From NCBI GenBank assembly GCA_030390025.1, contig JASTWF010000033.1, positions 248,001 to 312,000 of the forward strand: a DNA stretch of 64,000 nucleotides, written 5' to 3'. Shown here one piece after another: positions 51,401-64,000 of this stretch (positions are counted from its first letter, which is position 1; each line of letters opens with the position of its first letter). Made by a program: the position numbers and the translations under genes. Below the pieces are notes generated by a model, which ran no database searches, was not told the origin of the DNA, and saw only the letters and a list, made by a program, of their open reading frames with translations. The DNA is from Squalus acanthias. Lineage: Eukaryota.

Positions 51401-54400
51401 TGGGATTGGTTGGGGAATGGAGCAGGGCTAGAAGGAGAGAGTGGGGCAGTGGGATTGGTTCGGGTGTGGAGCACGGCTAGGAGGAGAGAGCGGGGCAGTG
51501 GGATTGGTTGGGGAATGGAGCAGGGCTTGGAGGAGAGAGCGGGGCAGGGGGATTTGTTTAGGAATGGAGCATGTCTAGGAGGAGAGAACTTGGCAGTGGG
51601 ATTGGTTAAGGAATGGAGCAGGGCTAGGAGGAGAGAGCGGGGCAGTGTGATTTGTTTAGGAATGGAGCAGGGCTAGGAGGAGAGAGCGGGTCAGTGGGAT
51701 TGGTTGAGGAATGGAGCCAGGCTAGGAGGGGAGAGCGGGGCAGTGGGATTGGTTTGGGAATGGAGCAGGGCTAGTAGGGGAGAGCGGGGCAGTGGGATTG
51801 GATTAGGAATGGAACAGGGCTAGGAGGAGAGAGCGGGGCAGTGGGATTGGTTGAGGAATGGAACTGGGCTAGGAGGGGAGAGCGGGGCAGTTGGATTGGT
51901 TTAGGAATGCAGCAGGGCTAGGAGGGGAGAGCGGGGCAGTGGGATTGGATTAGTATTGTAGCTGGGCTAGGAGGAGAGAGCGGGGCAGTGGGATTGGTTG
52001 GGGCATGGAGCAGGGCTTGGAGGAGAGAGCGGGGCAGGGAGATTGGTTCGGGTGTGAAGTAGGGCTAGGAGGAGAGAGCGGGGCAGTGGGATTGGTTGGG
52101 GAATGGAGCAGGGCTTGGAGGAGAGAGCGGGGCAGGGAGATTGGTTTAGGAATGGAGCAGGTCTAGGAGGAGAGAGCGGGTCAGTGGTATTGATGCAGGA
52201 ATGGAACAGGGCGAGGAGGAGAGAACGGGGCAGTGGGATTGGTTAAGGAATGGAGCTGGGCTAGGAGGAGAGAGCGGGACAGTGGGATTGTTGTAGGAAT
52301 GGAGAAGGGCTAGGAGGAGAGAGCGGGGCAGTGGGACTTGTTTAGGAATGGAGCAGAGCTAGGAGGAGAGAGCGGGACAGTGGGATTGTTGTAGGAATGG
52401 AGAAGGGCTAGGAGGAGAAAGCGGGGCAGTGGGATTAGTTTAGGAATGGTGCAGGGCTTCGAGGATAGAGCGGGGCAGTGGAATTAGTTTAGGAATAGAG
52501 CAGGGGTAGGAGGAGAGTGCGGGGCAGTGGGATTTGTTGGGGAATGGAGCAGGGCTAGGAGGCGACAGCCGGACAGTGGGCTTGGTTTGTGAATGGTGCA
52601 GGGCTAGGAGGTTAGAGCGGGGCAGTGGGATTGGTTTAGGAATGGAGCAGGGCTTGGAGGAGAGAGCGGGGCAGTGGGACTGGTATAGGAATGGAGCAGG
52701 GCTAGGAGGAGAGAGCGGGGTGGTGGGGTTGCTTTAGGAATGGAGCAGGGCTAGGAGGAGAGAGCGGGGCAGTGGGATTGGTTAAGGAATGGAGCTGGGC
52801 TAGGAGGAGAGAGCGGGGCAGTGGGATTTGTTTAGGAATGGAGCAGAGCTAGGAGGAGAGAGCGGGGCAGTGGGATTGTTGCAGGAATGGAGAAGGGCTA
52901 GGAGGAGAGAGCGGGGCAATGGGATTAGTTTCGGAATGGTGTAGGGCTTGGAGGAGAGAGCGGGGCAGTGGAATTAGTTTGGGAATAGGGCAGGGCTAGG
53001 AGGCGACAGCCGGACAGTTGGCTTGTTTTGTGAATGGATCAGGGGTAGGAGGATAGAGCGGGGCAGTGGGATTGGTTGAGGAATGGAGCAGAGCTGGGAG
53101 GGGAGAGCGGGGCAGTGGGATTGGTTGGGGAATGGAGCAGGACTAGGAGGAGAGAGCGGGGCAGTGGGATTGGTTGGGGAGACGAGCAGGGCTAGGAGGT
53201 GAGAGCGGGGAAGTGGGATTGGTTGGGGAATGGAGCAGGGCTAGAAGGAGACGCGGGGCAGTGGGATTGGTTGGGGAGTCTGGCAGGGCTAGGAGGAGAG
53301 AGCGGGGCAAGGGGATTGATTGGGGAATGGAGCAGGGCTAGAAGGAGAGAGTGGGGCAGTGGGACTGGTTCGGGTGTGGAGCAGGGCTAGGAGGAGAGAG
53401 CGGGGCAGTGGGATTGGTTGGGAAATGGAGCAGGGATTGGAGGAGAGAGCGGGAGAGTGGGTTTGGTTGTGGAATGGAGCAAGGCTCGGAGGCGGGAGCG
53501 GGACAGAGGGATTGGTTTATGAATCGAGCAGGTTTAGCAGGAGAGAGCAGGACAGTGGGATTGCTTTAGGAATGGTGAAGGACTAGGAGGAGAAAGCGGG
53601 TCAGTGGGCTTGGTTTGGGAATTAAGCAGTGCTACGAGGAGAGAGCGGGGCAGTGAGAATGGTTTAAGAATGGAGCAGGGCTAGGAGGAGAGAGCGGGGC
53701 AGTGGGATTAGTTTAGGAATGGAGCATGGCTAGGAGGAGAGAGCGGGGCAGTGGGATTGGTTTAGGAATGGAGCAGGGCTAGGAGGAGAGAGTGGGGCAG
53801 TGGGATTAGTTTAGGAATGGAGCAGGGCTAGGAGGAGAGAGTGGGGCAGTGGGATTAGTTTAGGAATGGAGCAGGGCTAGGAGGAGAGAGCGGGGCAGTG
53901 GGATTAGTTTAGGAATGGAGCATGGCTAGGAGGAGAGAGCGGGGCAGTGGGATTGGTTTAGGACTGGAGCAGGGCTAGGAGGAGAGAGCGGGTCAGTGGG
54001 ATTGGTTGAGGAATGGAGCAGGGCTAGGAGGGGAGAGTGGGGCAGTGGAATTGGTTTAGGAATGGAGCAGGGTTAGGAGGGGAGTACGGGGCAGTGGGAA
54101 TGGATTAGGAATGGAGCAGGGCTAGGAGGAGAGAGCGGGGCAGTGGGATTGGTTGAGGAATGGAGCAGGGCTAGGAGGGGAGAGCGGGGCAGTTGGATTG
54201 GTTTAGGAATGCAGCAGGGCTAGGAGGGGAGAGCGGGGCAATTGGATTGGATTAGGAATGTAGCTGGGCTAGGAGGAGAGAGCGGGGCAGTGGGATTGGT
54301 TGGGGAGTCGAGCAGGGCTAGGAGGAGAGAACGGGGTAGTGGGATTGGTTGGGGAATGGAGCAGGGGTAGAAGGAGAGAGTGGGGCAGTGGCATTGGTTC

Positions 54401-57400
54401 GGGTGTGAAGCAGGTCTAGGATGAGAGAGAGGCAGTGGGATTGGTTGGGGAATGGAGCAGGGCTTGGAGGAGAGAGCGGGGCAGGGGGATTGGTTTAGGA
54501 ATGGAGCAGGTCTAGGAGGAGAGAGCGGGTCAGTGGGATTGATGCAGGAATGGAACAGGGCGAGGAGGAGAGAACGGGGCAGTGGGATTGGTTAAGGAAT
54601 GGAGCTGGGCTAGGAGGTGAGAGCGGGGCAGTGGGACTTGTTTAGGAATGGAGCAGAGCTCGGAGGAGAGAGCGGGGCAGTGGGATTGTTGTAGGAATGG
54701 AGAAGGGCTAGGAGGAGAGAGCGGGGCAGTGGGATTAGTTTAGGAATGGTGCAGGGCTTGGACGAGAGAGCGGGGCAATGGAATTAGTTTAGGAATAGAG
54801 CAGGGGTAGGAGGAGAGAGCGGGGCAGTGGGATTTGTTGGGGAATGGAGCAGGGCTAGGAGGCGACAGCCGGACAGTGGGCTCGGTTTGTGAATGGTGCA
54901 GGGCTAGGAGGATAGAGCGGGTCAGTGGGATTGGTTTAGGAATGGAGCAGGGCTAGGAGGAGAGAGCGGGGCAGTGGGATTGGTTGGGGAATGGAGCAGG
55001 GCTAGGACGATAGAGCGGGGAAGTGGGATTGGTTGAGGAATGGAGCAGGGCTAGGAGGAGAGAGCGGGGCACTGGGATTTGTTGAGGAATGGAGCATGGC
55101 TAGGAGGAGAGAGCGGGGCAGTGGGATTGGTTGAGGAATGGAGCAGGGCTAGGAGGGGAGAGTGGGGCAGTGGAATTGGTTGGGGAATGGAGGCGTGCTA
55201 GGAGTAGAGAGCGGGGCAGTGGGATTTTTTGGGGAATGGATCAGATCTAGGAGGACAGAGCGGGGCAGTGTGAATGTTGTGGAATGGAGCAGGGCTAGGA
55301 GGACAGAGCGGCGCAGTGTGATTGCGTTAGGAATGGAGCTGGACTAGGAGGAGAGAGCGGGGCCGTGGGATTTGTTGGGGAATGGGGCAGGGCTAGGAAT
55401 AGAGAGCGGGGCATTTGGATTGGTTTCGGAATGGTGCAGGGCTAGGAGGAGAGAACGGGGCAGTGAGATTGATTGGGGAATGGAGCAGGGCTAGGAGGAG
55501 AGAACGGGGCAGTGGGATTGGTTGGGGAATTGAGCAGGGCTAGGAGGAGAGAGCGGGGCAGTGGGACATGTTGGTGAATGGAGCAGGGCTAGGAGCAGAG
55601 AGCGGGGCAGTGGGATTGGTTGGGGAATGGAGCAGGGCTTGGAGGAGAGAGCGGGGCAGGGGGATTGGTTTAGGAATGGAGGAGGTCTAGGTGGAGAGTG
55701 CGGGTCAGTGGGATTGATGTAGGAATGGAACAGGGCGAGGAGGAGAGAGCGGGGCAGTGGGATTAGATTAGGAATGGTGCAGGGCTTGGAGGAGAGAGCG
55801 GGGCAGTGGAATTAGTTTAGGAATGGAGCAGGGCTAGGAGGAGAGAGCGGGGCAGTGGGATTTTTTCGGGAATGGAGCAGGGCTTGGAGGAGAGAGCGGG
55901 GCTGTGGGATTTGTTGGGGAATGGAGCAGGGCTTATCGGCGACAGCCGCACAGTGGGCTTGGTTTGTGAATGGAGCAGGGCTAGGAGGAGAGAGCGGGCC
56001 AGTGGGACTGGTATAGGAATGGAGCAGGTCTAGGAGGAGAGAGCAGGGTGGTGGGGTTGGTTTAGGAATCGAGTAGGGCTAGGAGGATGGAGCAGGGCAG
56101 TGGGATTGGTTTAGGAATGGAGCAGGGCTAGGTGGAGAGAGCGGGACAGTGGGATTGGTTTAGGAATGGACCAGGGCTAGGTTGAGAGATCGTGGCAGTG
56201 GAATTAGTTTAGGAATGGAGCAGGGCTCAGAGGAGAGAGCGGGGCAGTTGGATTTTTGGTGGAATTGAGCAGGGCTAGGAGGAGAGAGCAGGGCAGTGGG
56301 ATTGATTTAGGAATTGAGCAGGGCTAGGAGGAGAGAGCGGGGCAGTGGGATTGGTTTAGGAATGGAGCAGGGCTAGGAGGAGAGAGCGGCCCCTTGGGAT
56401 TCTTTTGGGATTAGAGCGGTTTAGGAGAAGGGAGCGGGGCAATGGGGTGGTTTGGGAATGCAGCAGGGCTAGGAGGAGAAACGGGGCAGAGGGTGAGTTT
56501 TGGGAATGGAGCAGGGCTAGGAGGAGAGAGCGGGGCAGTGGGATTTGTTTAGGAATGGGACAGTACTAGGAGGAGAGAGCGGGGCAGTGGGATTGGTTTG
56601 GGAATGGAGCAGGACTAGGTGGAGAGAGCGGTTCAGTGGGATTGGTTTAGGAATGGAACAGGGCTTGGAGGTCGAGAGCGGGTCAGTGGCATTGGTTTAG
56701 GAATGGAACAGGGCTTGGAGGTCGAGAGCGGGTCAGTGGGATTGGTTTAGGAATGGGACAGTACTAGGAGGAGAGAGCGGGGAAGTGGGATTGGGTTAGA
56801 AATGGAACGGGCTCGGAGGGGAGAACGGGGCAGTGGGATTGGTTCTGGAATGGAGCAGGGCTAGGAGGAGTATAAAGCAGGGCAGTGGGATTGGTTTAGG
56901 AATGGAGCAGGGCGAGGAGGAGAGAGCGGGACAGTGGGATTGGTTTAGGAATGGAGCAGGTCTAGGAGGGGAGAGCGGGGCAGTGGGATTGGTTGGCGAA
57001 TGGAGCAAGCTTAGGAAGAGAGAGCGGGGCAGTGGGATTCTTTTGGGAATGGTGCAGAGCTAGGTAGAGAGCGGGGCAGTTGGATTGGTTTAGGAATGGA
57101 CAAGTGCTAGGTTGAGAGAGCGGGGCAGAGGAATTGGATCAGGAATGGTGCAGAGCTAGGAGGAGAGAGCGGGAGAATGGGATTGGTTTCCGAATGGAGC
57201 AGTGCGTCGAGGATAGAGCGGGGCAGTGGGATTGATTTGGAAATGGAGGAGGGATAGGAGGAGAGAGCGGGGCAGTGGGATTGGTTTAGGAATGGAGCAG
57301 GGCTAGGAGTATAGAGCGGGACAGTGGGATTGGTTTAGGAATGGAGCAGCGCTTCGAGTATAGAGCGGGGCAGTGGGATTGGTTTAGGAATGAAGCAGGT

Positions 57401-60400
57401 CTGGGAGGAGAGAGCGGGGCAGTGGAATTGGTTTAGGAATTTAGCAGGGCTAGGAGGAGAGAGCGGGACAGAGGGATTGGTTTAGGAATCGAGCAGGTTT
57501 AGGAGGAGAGAGCAGGGCAGTGGGATTGCTTTAGGAATGGAGAAGGGCTAGGAGGAGACAGTGGGGCAGTGGGCTTGGTTTGGGATTTAAGCAGTGCTAG
57601 GAGGAGAGAGCGGGGCAGTGGGATTGGTTTAGGAATGGAGCAGGGCTAGGAGGAGATAGCGGGGCAGTGGGATTAGTTTAGGAATGGAGCAGGGCTAGGA
57701 GGAGCGAGCGGGGCAGTGGGATTGGTTGGGGAATGGAGCAGGACTAGGAGGAGAGAGCGGGGCAGTGGTATTGGTTGGGGAATGGTGCAGGGCTAGGAGG
57801 AGACAGCGGGGCAGTGGGATTGGTTGTGGAATGGAGCATGGCTAGGAGGAGAGAGCGGGGCAGTGGGATTGGTTTAGGACTGGAGCAGGGCTAGGAGGAG
57901 AGAGCGGGTCAGTGGGATTGGTTGAGGAATGGAGCAGGGCTAGGAGGGGAGAGTGGGGCAGTGGAATTGGTTTAGGAATGGAGCAGGGTTAGGAGGGGAG
58001 TACGGGGCAGTGGGAATGGATTAGGAATGGAGCAGGGCTAGGAGGAGAGAGCGGGGCAGTGGGATTGGTTGAGGAATGGAGCAGGGCTAGGAGGGGAGAG
58101 CGGGGCAGTTGGATTGGTTTAGGAATGCAGCAGGGCTAGGAGGGGAGAGCGGGGCAATTGGATTGGATTAGGAATGTAGCTGGGCTAGGAGGAGAGAGCG
58201 GGGCAGTGGGATTGGTTGGGGAGTCGAGCAGGGCTAGGAGGAGAGAACGGGGTAGTGGGATTGGTTGGGGAATGGAGCAGGGGTAGAAGGAGAGAGTGGG
58301 GCAGTGGCATTGGTTCGGGTGTGAAGCAGGTCTAGGATGAGAGAGAGGCAGTGGGATTGGTTGGGGAATGGAGCAGGGCTTGGAGGAGAGAGCGGGGCAG
58401 GGAGATTGGTTTAGGAATGGAGCAGGTCTAGGAGGAGAGAGCGGGTCAGTGGGATTGATGCAGGAATGGAACAGGGCGAGGAGGAGAGAACGGGGCAGTG
58501 GGATTGGTTAAGGAATGGAGCTGGGCTAGGAGGTGAGAGCGGGGCAGTGGGACTTGTTTAGGAATGGAGCAGAGCTCGGAGGAGAGAGCGGGGCAGTGGG
58601 ATTGTTGTAGGAATGGAGAAGGGCTAGGAGGAGAGAGCGGGGCAGTGGGATTAGTTTAGGAATGGTGCAGGGCTTGGACGAGAGAGCGGGGCAATGGAAT
58701 TAGTTTAGGAATAGAGCAGGGGTAGGAGGAGAGAGCGGGGCAGTGGGATTTGTTGGGGAATGGAGCAGGGCTAGGAGGCGACAGCCGGACAGTGGGCTCG
58801 GTTTGTGAATGGTGCAGGGCTAGGAGGATAGAGCGGGTCAGTGGGATTGGTTTAGGAATGGAGCAGGGCTAGGAGGAGAGAGCGGGGCAGTGGGATTGGT
58901 TGGGGAATGGAGCAGGGCTAGGACGATAGAGCGGGGAAGTGGGATTGGTTGAGGAATGGAGCAGGGCTAGGAGGAGAGAGCGGGGCACTGGGATTTGTTG
59001 AGGAATGGAGCATGGCTTGGAGGAGAGAGCGGGGCAGTGGGATTGGTTGAGGAATGGAGCAGGGCTAGGAGGGGAGAGTGGGGCAGTGGAATTGGTTGGG
59101 GAATGGAGGCGTGCTAGGAGTAGAGAGCGGGGCAGTGGGATTTTTTGGGGAATGGATCAGATCTAGGAGGACAGAGCGGGGCAGTGTGAATGTTGTGGAA
59201 TGGAGCAGGGCTAGGAGGACAGAGCGGCGCAGTGTGATTGCGTTAGGAATGGAGCTGGACTAGGAGGAGAGAGCGGGGCCGTGGGATTTGTTGGGGAATG
59301 GGGCAGGGCTAGGAATAGAGAGCGGGGCATTTGGATTGGTTTCGGAATGGTGCAGGGCTAGGAGGAGAGAACGGGGCAGTGAGATTGATTGGGGAATGGA
59401 GCAGTGCTAGGAGGAGAGAACGGGGCAGTGGGATTGGTTGGGGAATTGAGCAGGGCTAGGAGGAGAGAGCGGGGCAGTGGGACATGTTGGTGAATGGAGC
59501 AGGGCTAGGAGCAGAGAGCGGGGCAGTGGGATTGGTTGGGGAATGGAGCAGGGCTTGGAGGAGAGAGCGGGGCAGGGGGATTGGTTTAGGAATGGAGGAG
59601 GTCTAGGTGGAGAGTGCGGGTCAGTGGGATTGATGTAGGAATGGAACAGGGCGAGGAGGAGAGAGCGGGGCAGTGGGATTAGATTAGGAATGGTGCAGGG
59701 CTTGGAGGAGAGAGCGGGGCAGTGGAATTAGTTTAGGAATGGAGCAGGGCTAGGAGGAGAGAGCGGGGCAGTGGGATTTTTTCGGGAATGGAGCAGGGCT
59801 TGGAGGAGAGAGCGGGGCTGTGGGATTTGTTGGGGAATGGAGCAGGGCTTATCGGCGACAGCCGCACAGTGGGCTTGGTTTGTGAATGGAGCAGGGCTAG
59901 GAGGAGAGAGCGGGCCAGTGGGACTGGTATAGGAATGGAGCAGGTCTAGGAGGAGAGAGCAGGGTGGTGGGGTTGGTTTAGGAATCGAGTAGGGCTAGGA
60001 GGATGGAGCAGGGCAGTGGGATTGGTTTAGGAATGGAGCAGGGCTAGGTGGAGAGAGCGGGACAGTGGGATTGGTTTAGGAATGGACCAGGGCTAGGTTG
60101 AGAGATCGTGGCAGTGGAATTAGTTTAGGAATGGAGCAGGGCTCAGAGGAGAGAGCGGGGCAGTGGGATTTTTGGTGGAATTGAGCAGGGCTAGGAGGAG
60201 AGAGCAGGGCAGTGGGATTGATTTAGGAATTGAGCAGGGCTAGGAGGAGAGAGCGGGGCAGTGGGATTGGTTTAGGAATGGAGCAGGGCTAGGAGGAGAG
60301 AGCGGCCCCTTGGGATTCTTTTGGGATTAGAGCGGTTTAGGAGAAGGGAGCGGGGCAATGGGGTGGTTTGGGAATGCAGCAGGGCTAGGAGGAGAAACGG

Positions 60401-62030
60401 GGCAGAGGGTGAGTTTTGGGAATGGAGCAGGGCTAGGAGGAGAGAGCGGGGCAGTGGGATTTGTTTAGGAATGGGACAGTACTAGGAGGAGAGAGCGGGG
60501 CAGTGGGATTGGTTTGGGAATGGAGCAGGACTAGGTGGAGAGAGCGGTTCAGTGGGATTGGTTTAGGAATGGAACAGGGCTTGGAGGTCGAGAGCGGGTC
60601 AGTGGCATTGGTTTAGGAATGGAACAGGGCTTGGAGGTCGAGAGCGGGTCAGTGGGATTGGTTTAGGAATGGGACAGTACTAGGAGGAGAGAGCGGGGAA
60701 GTGGGATTGGGTTAGAAATGGAACGGGCTCGGAGGGGAGAACGGGGCAGTGGGATTGGTTCTGGAATGGAGCAGGGCTAGGAGGAGTATAAAGCAGGGCA
60801 GTGGGATTGGTTTAGGAATGGAGCAGGGCGAGGAGGAGAGAGCGGGACAGTGGGATTGGTTTAGGAATGGAGCAGGTCTAGGAGGGGAGAGCGGGGCAGT
60901 GGGATTGGTTGGCGAATGGAGCAAGCTTAGGAAGAGAGAGCGGGGCAGTGGGATTCTTTTGGGAATGGTGCAGAGCTAGGTAGAGAGCGGGGCAGTTGGA
61001 TTGGTTTAGGAATGGACAAGTGCTAGGTTGAGAGAGCGGGGCAGAGGAATTGGATCAGGAATGGTGCAGAGCTAGGAGGAGAGAGCGGGAGAATGGGATT
61101 GGTTTCCGAATGGAGCAGTGCGTCGAGGATAGAGCGGGGCAGTGGGATTGATTTGGAAATGGAGGAGGGATAGGAGGAGAGAGCGGGGCAGTGGGATTGG
61201 TTTAGGAATGGAGCAGGGCTAGGAGTATAGAGCGGGACAGTGGGATTGGTTTAGGAATGGAGCAGCGCTTCGAGTATAGAGCGGGGCAGTGGGATTGGTT
61301 TAGGAATGAAGCAGGTCTGGGAGGAGAGAGCGGGGCAGTGGAATTGGTTTAGGAATTTAGCAGGGCTAGGAGGAGAGAGCGGGACAGAGGGATTGGTTTA
61401 GGAATCGAGCAGGTTTAGGAGGAGAGAGCAGGGCAGTGGGATTGCTTTAGGAATGGAGAAGGGCTAGGAGGAGACAGTGGGGCAGTGGGCTTGGTTTGGG
61501 ATTTAAGCAGTGCTAGGAGGAGAGAGCGGGGCAGTGGGATTGGTTTAGGAATGGAGCAGGGCTAGGAGGAGATAGCGGGGCAGTGGGATTAGTTTAGGAA
61601 TGGAGCAGGGCTAGGAGGAGCGAGCGGGGCAGTGGGATTGGTTGGGGAATGGAGCAGGACTAGGAGGAGAGAGCGGGGCAGTGGAATTGGTTGGGGAATG
61701 GTGCAGGGCTAGGAGGAGACAGCGGGGCAGTGGGATTGGTTGTGGAATGGAGCAGGGCTAGGAGGAGAGAGCGGGGCAGTGGCATTGTTTGGGGAATGGA
61801 GCAGGGTTAGGAGGAGAGAGCGGGGCAGTGGGATTGGTTGGGGAATGGAACAGGGCTAGGAGGAGATAGCGGGGCAGTGGGATTGGGTTTTGATCGATAC
61901 AGGCCGATGCGTGGATTTGATGTGTTTTGTATTGTCACAGGACGATGGAGACAGAGTGGCGGTGGGATTAGTTTGTGATTGATACCGGGCCATGGGACAG
62001 AGGTGGGCAACGTCGTTAGTTTAGATTGAT
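39480..62030 (+). repeat. G-rich 49-bp tandem array; homogeneous core ~40180-61890 (about 440 units by length), degenerate fringes on both sides
   Basis: Consensus GGAGCAGGGCTAGGAGGAGAGAGCGGGGCAGTGGGATTGGTTTAGGAAT; period checked at 40358 and 40407. Confidence 0.98.
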
Positions 62031-62080
62031 ATCTGAGGAAAACAACCCCAGTCTGTCGAGTCTCTCTTAATAGCTGAAAC

Positions 62081-62209
62081 GCCCACTCTCTCCCTGTATC
62101 CCGATATCAATCCTAAATTAATACCATTGACCAGCTCTCGCCCCATAGTCTTTAGTAAAACCAATCCCACAGCTATGCCTTTTCCTTGGCCCTGCTTCAA
62201 TCCCAAACT
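62081..62209 (-). repeat. Inverted copy of the left fringe of the array (39910-40042)
   Basis: Reverse complement reproduces diagnostic variants such as ggaaaaggcatagc, aaagactatggggcgagagctggtca and cgggatacagggagagagtgggc. Confidence 0.88.
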
Positions 62210-62229
62210 GACAACAAAGTCACACTCTA

Positions 62230-63434
62230 TAGTGAAGTTGATGTCGACTACGTGGACTTCAGAAGGGCTTTTGACAATGTCACACATGGGAGACTGGTTA
62301 TGAAGGTAAGAGCCCATGGGATACAGGGTAATTTGGCACATTGGATCCAAAATTGGCTTAGTGGCAGAAGGCAGAGAGTTATGGTCGAAGCTTCTTTTTG
62401 TGACTGGAAGCCTGTGTCCAGTGTTGTACCGCAGGGATCGGTGCTGGAACATTTGCTGTTTTTAGTGTACATTAATGATTTAGATATGAATGTAGCAGGC
62501 GTGATCAGTATATTCGCAGATGACAGGAAAATTTGGTGGAATGGTAAATAGCGAGGAGGGAAGCCTCAGGCTACAGGACGATATCGGCGGGATGGTTAGA
62601 TGGGCAGAACCGTGGCAAATGGAATTTAAACCTGAAAAGTGTGAGGCGATGCATTTTGGGAGGACTAACAAGTCAAGGGAATATACAATGAATGGTAGGA
62701 TTGTAGGAAGGACAGGGGATCAGATAGACCTTGGTGTGCATGTACATAGATCCCAGAAGGCAGCAGGACAGGTAGATAAGGTGGTTAAAAAGGCATATGG
62801 GATACCTGCCTTCATTAGCTGAGGCATAGAATATAAGAGCAGGGAGGTTATGATGGAGCTGTACAAAACGCTAGTTAGGCCACAGCTGGAATACTGTGTG
62901 CAGTTCTGGTCGCAACACTATAGGAGGGATGTGATTGCATTGGAGAGGGTGCAGACGAGATTCAACAGGATGTTACCTGGACTGGAGCGCTTCAGCTATG
63001 AAGAGAGACTGGACAGGCTGGGGTTGTTTTCATTAGAGCTGAGAAGGCTGAGGGGGGACCTGATTGAGGTGTACAAAATTATGAGTGGCATAGATAGGGT
63101 AGATAGAAAGGAACTTTTCCGCTTAGTAGTTGTGTCAATAACCAGGGGGCATAGATTCAAGGTAAGGGGAAGGAGGTTTAGAAGGGATTTGTGGAAAAAC
63201 TATTTCACCCAGAGGGTGGTTGAAATCTGGAACTCACTGCCTGAAAGGGTGGTAGAGGCAGGAACCCTCACAACATTCAAGAAGCATTTAGAGGAGCACT
63301 TGAAACGCCATAGCATACAAGGCTACGGACCAAGGGCTGGAAATGGGATTAGAATAGACAGGGCTTGAAGGCTGGCGCGGAAACGATGGGCCGAAGGGCC
63401 TCTTTCTGTGCTGTATAACTCTATGACTCTATGA
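62230..63434 (+). mobile_element. CR1 3' fragment
   Basis: VDFRRAFD, VPQGSVL, IFADD, LVRPQLEYCVQFWS motifs; ctctatga tail. Confidence 0.93.
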
Positions 63435-63670
63435 TACAGGGCTATTGGGAGAGAGCTTGGCCGTTGGGATTTGCTTCGGATTGATACGGCACTATGAAAA
63501 GAGAATGGGCAGTGGGATTATTTTAATTAATGCAGGATTGGTACAGGCCAGTGGGATTATTATGGGATTGGTACTCCACTAAATGGTGAAAACGTGGCAG
63601 TGGGATTACATTATGAGTGCGATGGAACTGTGGGAGAGAGCGGGCTTGTGGTAATCGCTCTGAGTTAATA
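63435..63670 (+). repeat. Degenerate units of the same G-rich repeat
   Basis: tacagggctattgggagagagc...gtgggatta units. Confidence 0.7.
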
Positions 63671-64000
63671 CATAGGAAAATAAAACAGGAGTAGGCCATT
63701 CAGCCCAGCGAGGATTTTCCGTCAATCAGTGAGATCATGGCTGATCTGAATCTTTACTGCATCCATCCACCTTGGACCCATATCCTTTTATAACATCTCC
63801 AGCAAAAAGCAACCGATCTCAGATTTAAAATGATTCATTGAGCGACCATCTACTGCTGCTTGTTGGAGCGAGTTCCACACTTCTCCCACCCTTTACACCA
63901 AGAGGTGTTTCCTAACATCTCCCCTGAACAGCCTGGCTCTGATTTGAAGATTCTGTCCCCTTGGACCGAGACTCCTCCATCAGCGGAAAATGTTCATCTC
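63670..64000 (-). mobile_element. CR1 3' end fragment running off the window
   Basis: caggagtaggccattcagccc...gatcatggctgatct 3' UTR. Confidence 0.75.

Noticed and set aside
40114-60979. Many Gly/Arg/Trp-rich or Pro-rich ORFs
   Set aside because: Translations of the 49-bp repeat
39480-62030. CRISPR-like or telomeric array
   Set aside because: No unique spacers, eukaryotic context, and the unit is not TTAGGG

Overview
Cartilaginous-fish (shark) genomic DNA containing one germline IgNAR heavy-chain-only antibody cluster on the + strand. The cluster has an octamer/TATA promoter (~5.9 kb), leader exon, a type II-like VNAR V exon, only two RSS-flanked D segments, one J, a last constant exon (C5) with secretory tail, and TM exons at 23.1 kb and probably 25.8 kb. 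The V framework resembles dogfish-type VNARs (inference). I could not find exons C1-C4 between J and C5. The start of C5 is replaced by a young antisense CR1 LINE whose other end sits in a half-missing SINE, which points to a retrotransposon-associated deletion (misassembly not excluded). V-D-D-J and TM1 remain intact and phase-compatible, so a constant-domain-free membrane VNAR is structurally possible. The rest of the window is CR1 and L2 LINEs, Deu-type and HE1/V-type SINEs, MITE-like elements, a probable degenerate env-bearing LTR element, a near full-length CR1 (33.6-38.0 kb), and a ~22 kb G-rich 49-bp tandem array. That array looks derived from the CR1 ORF2 end, has kb-scale higher-order duplications and is bracketed by an inverted repeat. 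Most short ORFs in the track are repeat-derived noise.
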